A stretch of DNA of 63,567 bases, the filler included, from Stramenopiles sp. TOSAG23-6 (Eukaryota), in assembly GCA_900128565.1 (NCBI GenBank). It is 15 parts of 15 records of this genome, joined end to end, with 100 filler letters (N's around TTAATTAATTAA, not from the genome) between each part and the next. Parts side by side here need not be neighbours in the genome. Positions count along the whole stretch, not along the records: positions 21,311 to 25,467 come from LT637252.1; positions 25,568 to 29,713 come from LT637253.1; positions 29,814 to 33,956 come from LT637254.1; positions 34,057 to 38,198 come from LT637255.1; 11 more parts are not named here. One strand, 5' to 3'. Made by a program: the position numbers and the translations under genes. The stretch's first letter is position 1. Each line of letters begins with the position of its first letter. The notes under the pieces were generated by a model. That model did not search any database and was not told the origin of the DNA. It saw only the letters and a list, made by a program, of their open reading frames with translations. Below are positions 24,574 to 36,155 of this stretch, in pieces.

Positions 24574-25467
24574 ATGATGAAGTTTATACTATGTACAATG
24601 TTACTCTTATCTTCATATGTATGTCATATTGAAGCAGCTACTCGGACGACTCAATCTCCAGAACCAGAACCAGAACCATATTTGGAAGGAATTGCTTTAA
24701 GCAACTCAACAGACGTGCTAATCGAAATTTCCGAAATACCTGAACTAGCATCTAAAATAATCGGTCATCTCTCTTTCTCTGACATGGCAAATCTTTTCTA
24801 CACAAATAAAAGCATGCGAAACATGTTGATAATCGATGGTATTTCAAAAGTCAGGAACATTGAGACCACATTTCGACAAGAAATAAGAGAAATGATCAAC
24901 CCCCGCAACGTTGTATTAAACTGGCTAAACTATGTAGACATAATTCACAGAATGGTTTTTCAGAATTATAAACTCTCCGAAGATACAACGGTAAGACTTA
25001 GACGAAGGGTTGAAGGCGAAAGCCATGATCAATTTTTAAGCCGTACAAAAAGTGTGTTGGAAAGAGAAGCTTTGATTGCATTGTATAATAATACAAATGG
25101 AGATCGTTGGAAGCGTAAAGATAATTGGAACACAGATACGAATATTTCTATGTGGCATGGAGTCACGTGTACTGAAGGAGGAAATGTTACTGAATTAAGG
25201 TTGGAATCCAACAATCTATCTGGTTCAATTCCAAGTGAAATTGGTCAACTATCAAATCTCGTACTTTTGGACTTTCAAAAAAACAAACTATCTGGTTCAA
25301 TTCCAAAGGAAATTGGTCAACTAATAAATCTCGAACACTTGTACTTGGATGACAACGAACTCTCTGGCTCAATACCAAAAGAAATTGGTCAAATAACAAA
25401 GCTCGAATATTTGTACTTGGGAAACAACAAACTATCTGGTTCAATTCCAAAGGAAATTGGTCAACTA
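24574..25467 (+). CDS. Leucine-rich repeat protein with signal peptide and a possible F-box-like segment, partial
   Basis: EREALIALY..TNG..W cap and 24-aa repeats LSGSIPKEIGQL..L..L.L..N. Confidence 0.9.
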
Positions 25468-25672
25468 NNNNNNNNNNNNNNNNNNNNNNNNNNNNNNNNN
25501 NNNNNNNNNNNTTAATTAATTAANNNNNNNNNNNNNNNNNNNNNNNNNNNNNNNNNNNNNNNNNNNNTTTATTTTTTTTTTTACAAATAAATCGAATTTT
25601 GTTTCCGTTCGAAATTTTTTTCCTAACAATTTTTTTTTTTTTTTTTTTTTGAAATATTTTTCCAAAATACAT

Positions 25673-26236
25673 GTTTGCGTGAACCTGCTCCACCATCACT
25701 TGAACAATTCGATTTGGATGAAAACTTCGCCAGTGACCGTTTACGTCTCGCACAACTCACTAATAAATGTTTGGGACCGGGTACCACCGAATCTGACTTG
25801 GAGTATTACATTAAAGAATGTGGAGAGATTCTAGGCGTTACTGCAAAGCTTCAGCACATATGTTTTCAATATTGAATTTTTTTTTTTTTTTTTTTTTTTT
25901 TAATACGAAATTTCATACCTAACAAAAAAAAATCAAAAAAAAAAATATTTCTTCACAATACATGATCGGCAAGAAGCGAAGCATATATTAGAATATGTTG
26001 TTCGTCAATTAATCAATTTTAAAAAACTTAATCAAAATGAAAATGAGGAAAAGTTGCCAGATTATCATAATATGGCAGGTCATGGGAAAGCAGGCATAGG
26101 AGACCATCGTAATAAACTTGAAAAATTATCAAGTCAAGGAAACATAAATGGAAAAAAATTACCAAATATAAGTTCTAAACTCGGCAAATTGGAAGGTAAA
26201 ATTAGTGTGGATGGTGGAAAAAAACTTTTAAAGTAG
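25673..26236 (+). CDS. 3' end of a hypothetical protein (exons 25673-25857 and 25964-26236)
   Basis: Frames join across the element 25858-25963. Confidence 0.6.
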
Positions 26237-26534
26237 AGAGTAGAAATTTTTTTTTAAAAAGTAGATTAAAAAAAAAAAAAGTCGTTTTTCATTTATTTCT
26301 TTTTCTTTTTTTTTCTTCAAAATTTAAACAGTTGAATTCTTTTTTTATAAGATCTTGATATTGCTTGAATGAGAACCAATGTATACTGATTAAGTAATCC
26401 TATACGATTATACTTTATTATCATCAACACGTATTTTTTTACGCATGAATAAAAGGGTACGGAATCTCACAATGCGTTGCAATCTTTCTCGATCTCACAA
26501 CTCGTTGCAATCTTTCTCAATCGAAATCTTCAAC

Positions 26535-26945
26535 TCAATCAAAATTTTCACCTGGCTCATATAGTTGACTATTTGTTCCATAACACATTACCCTACTTGA
26601 TTCTAATGGTAACACCTCCATTCTAGTGTAAGAATTATATTTTGAGTTACAGCACTTCCAGAAATCTACGTAGTTCCAAAGTTTAAAAGTACAAAATAAA
26701 GTGAACATCAAATACACTACAGATGCTCCGAAAAAATCTCGCGCTGAATGCGGATTTTGTATTCCAATCATAAGTTTCGGCTGAGAAAATGAAAGGTAAC
26801 TAAATATTAAAAGTATTGTAGTTGCTAGTAATGAAAATACCCAACAAAAAACAAGAGAAACACTAGATGCTTGTCTCTTTGTCCCAGCGTCATGTTGGGT
26901 AGCTGGCCAACTATTCTCCGATATAAAAGAAACACTTTGCATCAT
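26535..26945 (-). CDS. Small two-TM membrane protein, weakly RNASEK/V-ATPase subunit f-like
   Basis: C.VFS...ILL and A...FGA..VY hydrophobic pattern; family call is weak. Confidence 0.4.
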   Translation of the reverse strand: MMQSVSFISENSWPATQHDAGTKRQASSVSLVFCWVFSLLATTILLIFSYLSFSQPKLMIGIQNPHSARDFFGASVVYLMFTLFCTFKLWNYVDFWKCCNSKYNSYTRMEVLPLESSRVMCYGTNSQLYEPGENFD

Positions 26946-27267
26946 CCGCTATATTGATCAAGAATCATAGTGAATCTTTGTAAATGAGAAGGAACGATAT
27001 GCAAACTAATGCATATGAAGTATAGGATTTTCAGAGAATATTTGTATTGTTTTCATTGTGTTTCAACTTTACTTCACACAAGTGAGTGAAGTGATGTTTC
27101 AATTATTAAAAAAAAAAAAAAGGCCAAACGGCAAATTTGCTTTTTCAAAAATAGCAAAAATTTCAAATTTGACTATTGTTCCGCACGAAAAAATAATAAA
27201 ATAATAAAATAATTATTTTTTATTATAATAATTATTATAAGACGTCCCAAAAAAGCAAATTATTATT

Positions 27268-27343
27268 ATAATATTAGGGTTAGGGCTAATTTTATAAAAA
27301 TTATCATAATATTAGGGTTAGGGCTAATTTTATAAAAAATTAT
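27268..27343. repeat. Two-copy ~38-nt direct repeat containing TTAGGGTTAGGG, between divergent ORFs
   Basis: ATAATATTAGGGTTAGGGCTAATTTTATAAAAAATTAT occurs twice. Confidence 0.85.
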
Positions 27344-28155
27344 TCGGAACAAACCTGTAAAAAATATGAAAAAATATTATTTTATTCACAATAATAGTTA
27401 TTATAATCAATAATAATTATTATTATTTTTCGTTTCTAAAAAATAATAAAATAGCGGATCAATAAATTTGACAGCAGCTGATGTTGACATAGTAGTAAAT
27501 AATATTTTACTATACTAAAGCTAGGGTAGTCCTCACGTACTACTATTCAAAGTAACTCTGTATTGTATTGCTTATTACTTGAGAAAAACAAGTTATAAAT
27601 AGTATCGTTTTAGTTTGCAATCTTTTTGAGCATGCCACAGAAATGTTTGCATAGAATTAAAGATATAGTTGTTACCATATACTGTCTGCTTATATTTATA
27701 TGCAACTCCAAATTGTTTGTGATTGCAGCACAAGTACATCCTATAGACAGTGAAAAAAATAGGACTGTAAAAACACAAGAGCTCGTTGAAATACAGAGAC
27801 ATATACCAGAGAAGCAATTTATAACAGTGAATGCAAATGATACTAAAGACCGTTATACCAAGCAAACAAAAAATGGAACCAAAGAGGGCAAAGAGAAGCA
27901 ACTTCGTCAAGTTGATCCATATATTTTCGAAGAGGAATCCTTTTGGGTGGTAGCCGAAGCTTGGTGGAACAATACCCAGGCCAATCTTTAGTTATCACCT
28001 GACATTAAATATCCAATTCACGTGTCTCTACAAGCTCTACAATGAAAAAAAAACAAAAAGTCTACTATTTAGATAAAATGCCAAATTGTTGTAAAAGTTT
28101 TATGATTCAAATTTAAAATTATATTTTTTTCTTTGTATTACGTTTGCATTATGCA

Positions 28156-29712
28156 TTAACCAATCATTCCAGAGTCTCCAGCAAGAGTTTTTAATCGTAA
28201 TTTTATGTGATGTAAATGTTCACGAGGATTTTGAATATTTATTCTCTTTGAAGATGATGTTGAACGTTTCTTTTTGTCTGTCTTTTTGTCTTCTTTTCTA
28301 CAAGTATGAAAATTATTTAAAACATGAGAATCACTCATTTCCCAATCAAATGATTCATCGTTTTTCGTGTCTTCTACAAATGTTTCTCCATGTTTTGTGA
28401 AAAAATATGGTTTAAGTAAAAAAATATCATTAGGTATGAAATTTGGTATAAAAAAAAAACAAAATTCAATTTGAAAACATACATGCTCAAGAAGAGTTTT
28501 CATTGAATATTCAAGTGCATAAGATTTCATTTTCTCACGGCTAAGTTCATCTTGTAATCTTTGAAATGTCAAATGAGCATCATTTGGATCATGACAACCA
28601 AACGAGACTTCCCATTTGATTAAACGCTCTTCACGTTCTGCGAGCTCAAAAAGCAGGCGTTCCTCTGCATCTAATGGACTTTCGATATCGTTTTCTTTCC
28701 GTATACGTGCTTCCTGCAATTTCATTTGATACCTTGCTTGAACTTTACTTTTACGCTGTTTATCTAAGGGTACTGCTGAGCGTTTTGTGTCAATGTAAGC
28801 GTCATTTGCATTTGCTTGGTACATTGGCAAAGAATCGACACTTGGCAAAATTGAATCCGTATCGATGTTTGTACCAGACAAATATCGTGTTTTCTGAGGG
28901 TCAATCCCATCCCAAAAATAGTCCTTGACTCTATCTCTCTCTCTCTCTAATGTAACCGTTTTAAATATAGTATCTACCCCTTCTTCCTTATGATGAAGGC
29001 CTTGCTCATACTCCATCATTTTGTTTTCAAATAATCTTTTCTCATGAGCTCTTGATTTAGCTTTATCATTTTGTTTCTCCATCGCCCGTTTTTCTCGAAT
29101 TTTCATTTCTTTATTGTTGTTTTCTTCATTTCTTCTCATTTTTTCAAGAATTGCCAGTTGTGCTTGTCCTTGTCCTTGTTGAATTTCCAATAGATTTTGT
29201 TGTCCTCCCAACAATAAATTTTCTTCTGTCTTTAACAAGGCTGTGGTTTTCTCTCTTTCTTTCTCCAACTCTGATAAAAGTTTTTTTGACTGTTCTTCTT
29301 CTTCATTCAAAAATTTCAAAACTTTCAAAAATTTCAAAATTTCAAAATTTTTTTTTTTTTTTTTTTTTTGTGCTCTCTCCAATAAAAGTTGTTGTTCATT
29401 CCTTTCAATCGCTAGTTCTCTCTTCAGAAGCATTTGCCTTTCTTTTTCGTCCTTGGAATGTTTCATTCTTTCCAATAAAAATTTCTCTTCTTCTTTTAAA
29501 AAAGCTACATTTTTGTCCCTCTCTCTCTTCAAAACAAGTTTTGCGTCCCGTTCTTGATCTCTCTCCGATAAAAGTTGTTGTTCATTCCTTTCAATCGCTA
29601 GTTCTCTCTTCAGAAGCATTTGCCTTTCTTTTTCGTCCTTGGAATGTTTCATTCTTTCCAATTTCTCTTCTTCTTTTAAAAAAGCTACATTTTTGTCCCT
29701 CTCTCTCTTCAA
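28156..29712 (-). CDS. Coiled-coil repeat protein, 3' part; in-frame family intron at 28390-28482
   Basis: Tandem E/K/R-rich repeats; GAGCAT|GTATGT...CAAAACAT|GGA. Confidence 0.7.
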   Translation of the reverse strand: MKRERDKNVAFLKEEEKLERMKHSKDEKERQMLLKRELAIERNEQQLLSERDQERDAKLVLKRERDKNVAFLKEEEKFLLERMKHSKDEKERQMLLKRELAIERNEQQLLLERAQKKKKKKNFEILKFLKVLKFLNEEEEQSKKLLSELEKEREKTTALLKTEENLLLGGQQNLLEIQQGQGQAQLAILEKMRRNEENNNKEMKIREKRAMEKQNDKAKSRAHEKRLFENKMMEYEQGLHHKEEGVDTIFKTVTLERERDRVKDYFWDGIDPQKTRYLSGTNIDTDSILPSVDSLPMYQANANDAYIDTKRSAVPLDKQRKSKVQARYQMKLQEARIRKENDIESPLDAEERLLFELAEREERLIKWEVSFGCHDPNDAHLTFQRLQDELSREKMKSYALEYSMKTLLEHVCFQIEFCFFFIPNFIPNDIFLLKPYFFTKHGETFVEDTKNDESFDWEMSDSHVLNNFHTCRKEDKKTDKKKRSTSSSKRINIQNPREHLHHIKLRLKTLAGDSGMIG

Positions 29713-29903
29713 ANNNNNNNNNNNNNNNNNNNNNNNNNNNNNNNNNNNNNNNNNNNNTTAATTAATTAANNNNNNNNNNNNNNNNNNNNNNNNNNNNNNN
29801 NNNNNNNNNNNNNCAAAAAAAATCTAAAAATATTTGTTAGGTACGAAATTTCGTACGAAAAAAAAAAATCGATTTTTTTGTAAAAAAAAAAAATAAAACT
29901 TAC

Positions 29904-31157
29904 ATACGTATTTAGTTCATATTGTGGCAAATATTTCACCTTTTTTTTATACTCTGGTGTAGTAATTAATAAAAAGGCCATCGATGCTTGCTCCCATAAC
30001 GAATGATCTATAAAAGGATTAGTATCAGTACCATACACTTTTTCTAGAAACCGAATTGACCACAATGACTTTTTGATAAGAAATACTCCACTATTAATCA
30101 TCAATGCATCCTCAGATATAATTACATCAAAACCAGGATTTTCTAGTATTAGAGTTTCTAAATTTTGTTTAGGATTCATAAAAAATGAATCACAGTCTGT
30201 CCAAATAATCCAATCACCATCGGGAATTTGTTCAAAATATTTTTGTACAACCTTAATTTTACTCCATGCATGAGGTCGTGTGATGTCACTTCTTTTTTGT
30301 TCAATAAATAGATCATAATTATGCAAATTAGCATACATTTTCTTATTTTCCACAGATAATTTTTCTAATTGTGTTTGACTAGGGTCATAATCACACAATG
30401 ACACAATTGTAATAGATGGCCATTCTACTGTTATTTGAATATTTTTAGAGTTTTGTTGGACAATCACATTTTCATCATTATGATCATTTTCATCATTCTC
30501 ATCATTTTCATCATACATTTGTTTATCATTCGTTTTATCAATTTTATAATCATTTTGATCTTTACTTTTATACTGTTGATCACTTTCATCTTGGTACGTT
30601 GAATTGTTTCTCGTGAAAAATATTGAGGCTCCGTGTAACATTGCTGCTTGTTCATTTCTTTTTTTTTTTTTTTTCTTTTCTTGAAAGGATAACTCATCTA
30701 TTAGGACTCTTCCTTTTATCGTCCGCAACGCAAACACCCAACGATTCCACCAGTGTTGAGCAAACTCTGATGGGCGTTTTATGGTACCAATAATAACTGC
30801 TAGTTGAAGATGTTGGAGTGCTTTTTTCCACTGAGGTGGGTTCGAATCAGCAAGGTGACCAGCAATAACAAAATGAGCTATACTTACTTCATTGAAGGCA
30901 TCTAGTATATCATCTAACGATGAAAATTGACGTACCGTTTTTCGTGCTTCGTGGACTTTCATGTGTCGCAGCGTTACTGCAGTATTTTTTCCATTTGCAC
31001 TCCCTGTCCGTTTACAGGAAATATCAGAAGCGTCGCACTCATCAATCCTATCATCAATGTCTTCAACCGCATTCACATTTTTTGAAATATTTATAATCCA
31101 CAAAAAAATAAGAACAACAAGATAATTCCAGGCGATCATTATCGAACAACTGAGCAC
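29904..31157 (-). CDS. Glycosyltransferase family 34 (GMA12/MNN10-like), partial
   Basis: ENKKMYA..HNY, HAWSKI, WIIWTDCDSFFMN, INSGVFLIK.S.WS..FL, WEQ. Confidence 0.9.
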
Positions 31158-31566
31158 TATACACAGTTATTGAATTAATATACTTGTAGCTTTGGCAAAT
31201 GTTGATCACAATTGCTTCTATATATTTTTGGAATACTTTGTACAATATGAAAATCAAATCAATCAAACATCAAAGGTATGAAAAGGCAAAATTAAATTTT
31301 TATTTCAGATATTTCGTGCGTTCCTTCCTACAGTAAACTTTTATTTCAGATATTTCGTGTGTTCCTACGCCTACGGGGACACGGGTGAAAATATCTTTTA
31401 TACCGTTTCATCCTACTGGTCAAAATTGACCGGTCAAAACTATATAGGAATCGTACTGGTTTTAGATTAATTACCTGATATTATACAAAGTCAAGATTGG
31501 ACATTAATCTGTCGCTATTGATCAACCTAATAACAATATAATACGCCAACATATCCAACACAAATC

Positions 31567-32055
31567 ATGAGAACCAGCGAATTGATAAAAGAAATTAAAG
31601 AAATTGGAGAAGAAATTGAAGAAATTGGAGAACAAATTGAAGAAAAAATTAAAGAAGGATTAGAAGGATTTACTCGATATGCTCATGCAATGATCGTATT
31701 CGTGGTATTGCTATGTGTCTGTGCTTTGGCCGATCCCGTTGACTTTATCATTTTCCTTCCAGCTTATCTTAAACATATCATTGATAATAAAAAATTCCAA
31801 GGTCAATATGCTGCTGTGAATGAAAAAGTCAAAGGGCGTAACCCCAATTTCCCAAACCCAGTCGAGAGAAACACTGATTCCACAAAGCAAACCGTGGAAC
31901 CTGTACTATTTAATGAGATTAAAAGAAAGAAGACACTTTTGCCTGGTGTCATGACGAAGATGACCCCAACAAACAAAACAAATTCCAAAAAAAGCAAAAC
32001 AAACTCGAAAAAAAAAAAAAAAAAGAAAAAGACGAATAAAAACAGAAGCGATTAA
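31567..32055 (+). CDS. Hypothetical membrane protein
   Basis: 162-aa ORF with an acidic repeat, one hydrophobic segment and a Lys-rich tail. Confidence 0.5.
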   Translation: MRTSELIKEIKEIGEEIEEIGEQIEEKIKEGLEGFTRYAHAMIVFVVLLCVCALADPVDFIIFLPAYLKHIIDNKKFQGQYAAVNEKVKGRNPNFPNPVERNTDSTKQTVEPVLFNEIKRKKTLLPGVMTKMTPTNKTNSKKSKTNSKKKKKKKKTNKNRSD

Positions 32056-32825
32056 CATGGAAGTGCGCTCATATTAACATGTTTCAAAACATTGTGTCTC
32101 GTTTACACTATAATCTTAATAAATAGCAATACAGCTTTTGTTGAACCCTTCGAGTATCTTTCCAGTGTTGGACGTATCTTTGGATTCCGTACCATTTTTT
32201 TGTAACGGAGTCCAATGATACGTGGAACACTGTATCTTTCTTTCACGTTGAGATTTTTGACCAATTTTTTTATTTAGTTTTTTTTACACAAATCTGTGTG
32301 GTGCATTAGTGTCCATTATAACGAATCAACTACAACTGGTTGGTGCCTTGTACTTTCATGATTTGGATTTTTTTTTCTTTGAAAGGTCCGAAAGAACTGA
32401 CTCAATAAGAAAGGCCAATTTTTTTTTTTTTATTATTTGTTAGGTACAAAATTTACTATGAAAAAAAAAAAAAAATCTAAAAATATTTGTTAGGTATAAA
32501 ATTTACTATGAAAAAAAAAAAAAAAAAAAAAGCCCCAACCCTAGGTAAGCTGAAAAGAAAACCCCTAACCCTAACTACTACATATATTGGATTTTTCCGA
32601 ACGACCTCCGCAATTTTTTTTGTTTTCATTTTTCTTCTTCACACACACACGAAGAAAGAAAGTGAGCCTCAACGATTGTCTTAGATTCTTTTTATATCTG
32701 AACTAGGACTTGTAACAATGACTAGCATACCAGCATAATTCATTACAGTAGCGTTTCTATTTTGGTATTTTTTTCTACAATAGTTTCAAACACGTTCAGA
32801 AAAAAAAAGTCTATTAATTCTTGAC

Positions 32826-33834
32826 ATGGCTTTTGTAAATTTGCCACAAATAAAACTACAAGAAACACGTGGAATAGATAGTGGAATTCGTCAATATATA
32901 AAGGAACAGTTTCACAAACGTTCCAATGCAGATGGTTTACTCTCTCAAGCTGACGCACGTCAATTTTTAATAGATTTGGGTCATTCTTATTCTAATCTTC
33001 CAGCTTCTGTCACTTCATCTTCAAAACTGTCTCGTCAATTTAGCTTTGAAAACTTTTACCATTTATACTTTAGTGATGAACAAATTGACTCCAGACTTTT
33101 TGTTGCAAGTCAACTTGTAATAGCGAATATAAGTGATGGCATTCCACCTTCTATTACATTTTGTGACCCACAAGCTTCACAAAAAAGTCTAGAAAGAGAT
33201 TGTACTTTTTTACCCTTGATTTTTTATTTAAAAAAAAAAAAAAAAAATATTTCATACGAAATTTTGTACCTAACAAAAAAAAAAAAATTTTTTTTTTAAT
33301 ATTTTAAAAAAATTCACAAAACATGTGAAGTTTTAGCCTTTTCAAATTACAAATGGCCAAAGATTGATTATTTTAATAGTAGTACGCCTAATTTACCCAT
33401 TTTAGTGACGCCTCCACTAGTGTGTACCGGGTATCCATCGTTAGAAGTACCCAACCAAACAACACTTAACGTCCTTGAAGATCCTGTAGCAAAACAAAGC
33501 GGATCTTGTATGTTTTTATCATACTTTTTTTTTTTCGAAGAAAATTTTGTACCTAACCAATTTTTTTTTTTTTCAAAAAAAAAATATTTTTCAATTTTTT
33601 TTTTTTTTTTTTTTTTTGTATGAAATTTTGTACCTAAAAAAAAAAAATATTTCACAAAAAAAAAAAAAAATATTTCACAAAAAAACATGGCATAAACATT
33701 GGAGGCCTCGATGGTTATCATTAGATAGTACCACAAGAACTCTCACATTTTATAAGAAAAGCAATAAAAAAGACTTTAATCGACAAATTCGTACGTCTTG
33801 CATTAGACGAGTTGGACCTGTCTCTGAAGCGGAT
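32826..33834 (+). CDS. EF-hand-like/PH-domain protein, 5' part (exons about 32826-33201, 33325-33507, 33689-33834)
   Basis: Spliced KQSGSWHKHWRPRWLSLD...LTFYK is a PH start; frames join across family introns. Confidence 0.7.
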
Positions 33835-33912
33835 GTACATTTTTATTCTGAAATTTCTGAATTTTTTTTTTTTTTTTCATACGAACTTTTGTACCTAACG
33901 AAAAATAATTTC

Positions 33913-33956
<44 letters not shown>

Positions 33957-34411
33957 NNNNNNNNNNNNNNNNNNNNNNNNNNNNNNNNNNNNNNNNNNNN
34001 TTAATTAATTAANNNNNNNNNNNNNNNNNNNNNNNNNNNNNNNNNNNNNNNNNNNNACAATAAACGTGGACGGAGAAGAAGTCTCTCTCATTGGGATCGT
34101 GAAAACTTCAACTCAATGGTAAGTCCGAACCCAAATAACCCAAATTTGCGTGGATTTGTAACCTATGGAAATCGTTTCACGTCACCAAATCCATTGGCAT
34201 CAACTTCACCTACAGTTGTTCCACCTTCCTCAGGAAAAATAAATTCTTTATCAAATGGATTTCGTTCTCTCAGAAGAAGAGCATCCTGTTCAGCATTACC
34301 AAGACCTAGCAAAAGCCATCAACGTGCTCTTAATCTTTCAAAGGAGACATCTTCGAATGAGACTAGAGGTAATGATGGACTTCCGAAGACGATATCAGAC
34401 AAGATACTCCA

Positions 34412-35815
34412 ATGAATGCAGCTCTCAAATATAACACAAATGTTACCTCGAATAGCGAGGTGACCCAAATAGCAAATTCAAATATAGATCGGCGTTCAAG
34501 AAAAGATAATCGTAGCAGTGTCAATAGTAATAGTTCAGTACCACTAAAAGTAAAGCAAAAAATGAAAGCAGAATGTGCTGAAAGTGATGCGCGACTATTT
34601 AGCGATATAACAAACAATATGAAAATGCAAGGAATTGAACTTTTATGTATAGATTGGGATAAAACTTTTATTCCAAGACATACTAAGAATAATTGGTATG
34701 CAGGACCAGAGGAGCTTTCGCGTGTTATACGACCAACTATGATATCTCTAGTCCGCGCCGCAGTAAAAAGTGATCTTAAAATTGGAATAGTTACATTTTC
34801 AACTCAAATATTTCTCATAAAAGAAACCATGAGTATCGCATTCCCCGACGTTGATCCCAATAGTTATGTTGTAAGAGGATGCAATGAAGACGGCCATTGG
34901 CAGTCAACAGATGAATTTATAATGTGTTGCGCACATGAAATGTTCCCTAAATTGGCAGAAGCCAATCAGCAAGAAACTACGAATAGATGTTCTATGTTTT
35001 CGCCTGACAAAACATTAAATGGCCCAAAAAACTTCGGTAAGCTTTTGCATATGTGTATGGTAGCTGAATGTCACCAAAATAGAAATAGATATATAGAATC
35101 TACTAAAAATAATGAAGAAAATAATTCGATGAATAGTTCAAATATGCAAGGTGTAAGTACACTGAAGCGTCGTGCAACTTGTCCTGGTAGGGTCAAGTCA
35201 AATATAATGGACATTGAAGGTTACCAAGATGACACTGGCAAACAAAACGAAGAAGTCCCTGTCTTATCACAAAGTAAAAGTATGGATACTATCGACACTC
35301 GCAATGCATTAATGCCATGTGTTATGAGGGATCATTCCAATAATGAATTTGCATATCGAAAGGACGTGCAAAACAAAAAGTGTGCTACAAATAATTTATC
35401 TTTGACAGCAACAAAACCTGTAAAGCCAGGTAAAGAAAACATTTTACGACCAATGAAAGTTGACGCATCGAAAGGTTACCCTCGACAAGCTTTTACACAA
35501 AATAAGCGAAGTTTACCAGCAAATACAAGAGAAGCTGTTGAGTCTACAAATGTTGTCGATGAGAGTCGTGATATCATTAACCTTGAGAAGACAGATGATC
35601 CTAGTGAGAGTAGTAGTATCATTGAACGAAAACATGCGGTTAATGTAAAAGAAAATGTATCGCAATGGAAAGCACACGAAATCGTGCTCATTGATGATGA
35701 TGAAAATAATATCCGTATAGCAAAGAAACATGGCGTGCATTCATTCACTTGTCCAGATACATGTGGCCGTCCTGAAGAACTCATTCGAGCTCTTCAGCAA
35801 GCATATAGAATGTGA
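34412..35815 (+). CDS. HAD-like hydrolase domain protein; probably extends upstream through ORF 34116-34415
   Basis: LLCIDWDKT, IGIVTFS, GKLLHM, IVLIDDDENNIRIA. Confidence 0.75.
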   Translation: MNAALKYNTNVTSNSEVTQIANSNIDRRSRKDNRSSVNSNSSVPLKVKQKMKAECAESDARLFSDITNNMKMQGIELLCIDWDKTFIPRHTKNNWYAGPEELSRVIRPTMISLVRAAVKSDLKIGIVTFSTQIFLIKETMSIAFPDVDPNSYVVRGCNEDGHWQSTDEFIMCCAHEMFPKLAEANQQETTNRCSMFSPDKTLNGPKNFGKLLHMCMVAECHQNRNRYIESTKNNEENNSMNSSNMQGVSTLKRRATCPGRVKSNIMDIEGYQDDTGKQNEEVPVLSQSKSMDTIDTRNALMPCVMRDHSNNEFAYRKDVQNKKCATNNLSLTATKPVKPGKENILRPMKVDASKGYPRQAFTQNKRSLPANTREAVESTNVVDESRDIINLEKTDDPSESSSIIERKHAVNVKENVSQWKAHEIVLIDDDENNIRIAKKHGVHSFTCPDTCGRPEELIRALQQAYRM

Positions 35816-36155
35816 TTCTTTGATATCAAAACGAATAGTATCAATTGATTTCGTGTGGGTTTAAAAAAACTTTAAAAAAAATACCGAATATTTCTTTTAT
35901 TCTAACAGTACAGCATCTCCAAGTATTTATGATATACGAATAAAAAGTAAAAATTTCATAAATATACAATAGTTATTATAATTTTCTATAGCAAATTAAA
36001 ACTTTTTGAAGTTTGGATTCGTTAGCTAAGGAAATTGATATATAAAAAATCGATTGTANNNNNNNNNNNNNNNNNNNNNNNNNNNNNNNNNNNNNNNAGA
36101 ACATATTTTACTCTTATTACTACGATTTATAAGCGTACTTCACTTGAAAATGAGT

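Noticed and set aside
22216-25467. Functional gene cluster or alternative genetic code
   Set aside because: The genes are unrelated, and intronless genes read normally in the standard code with ordinary stops.
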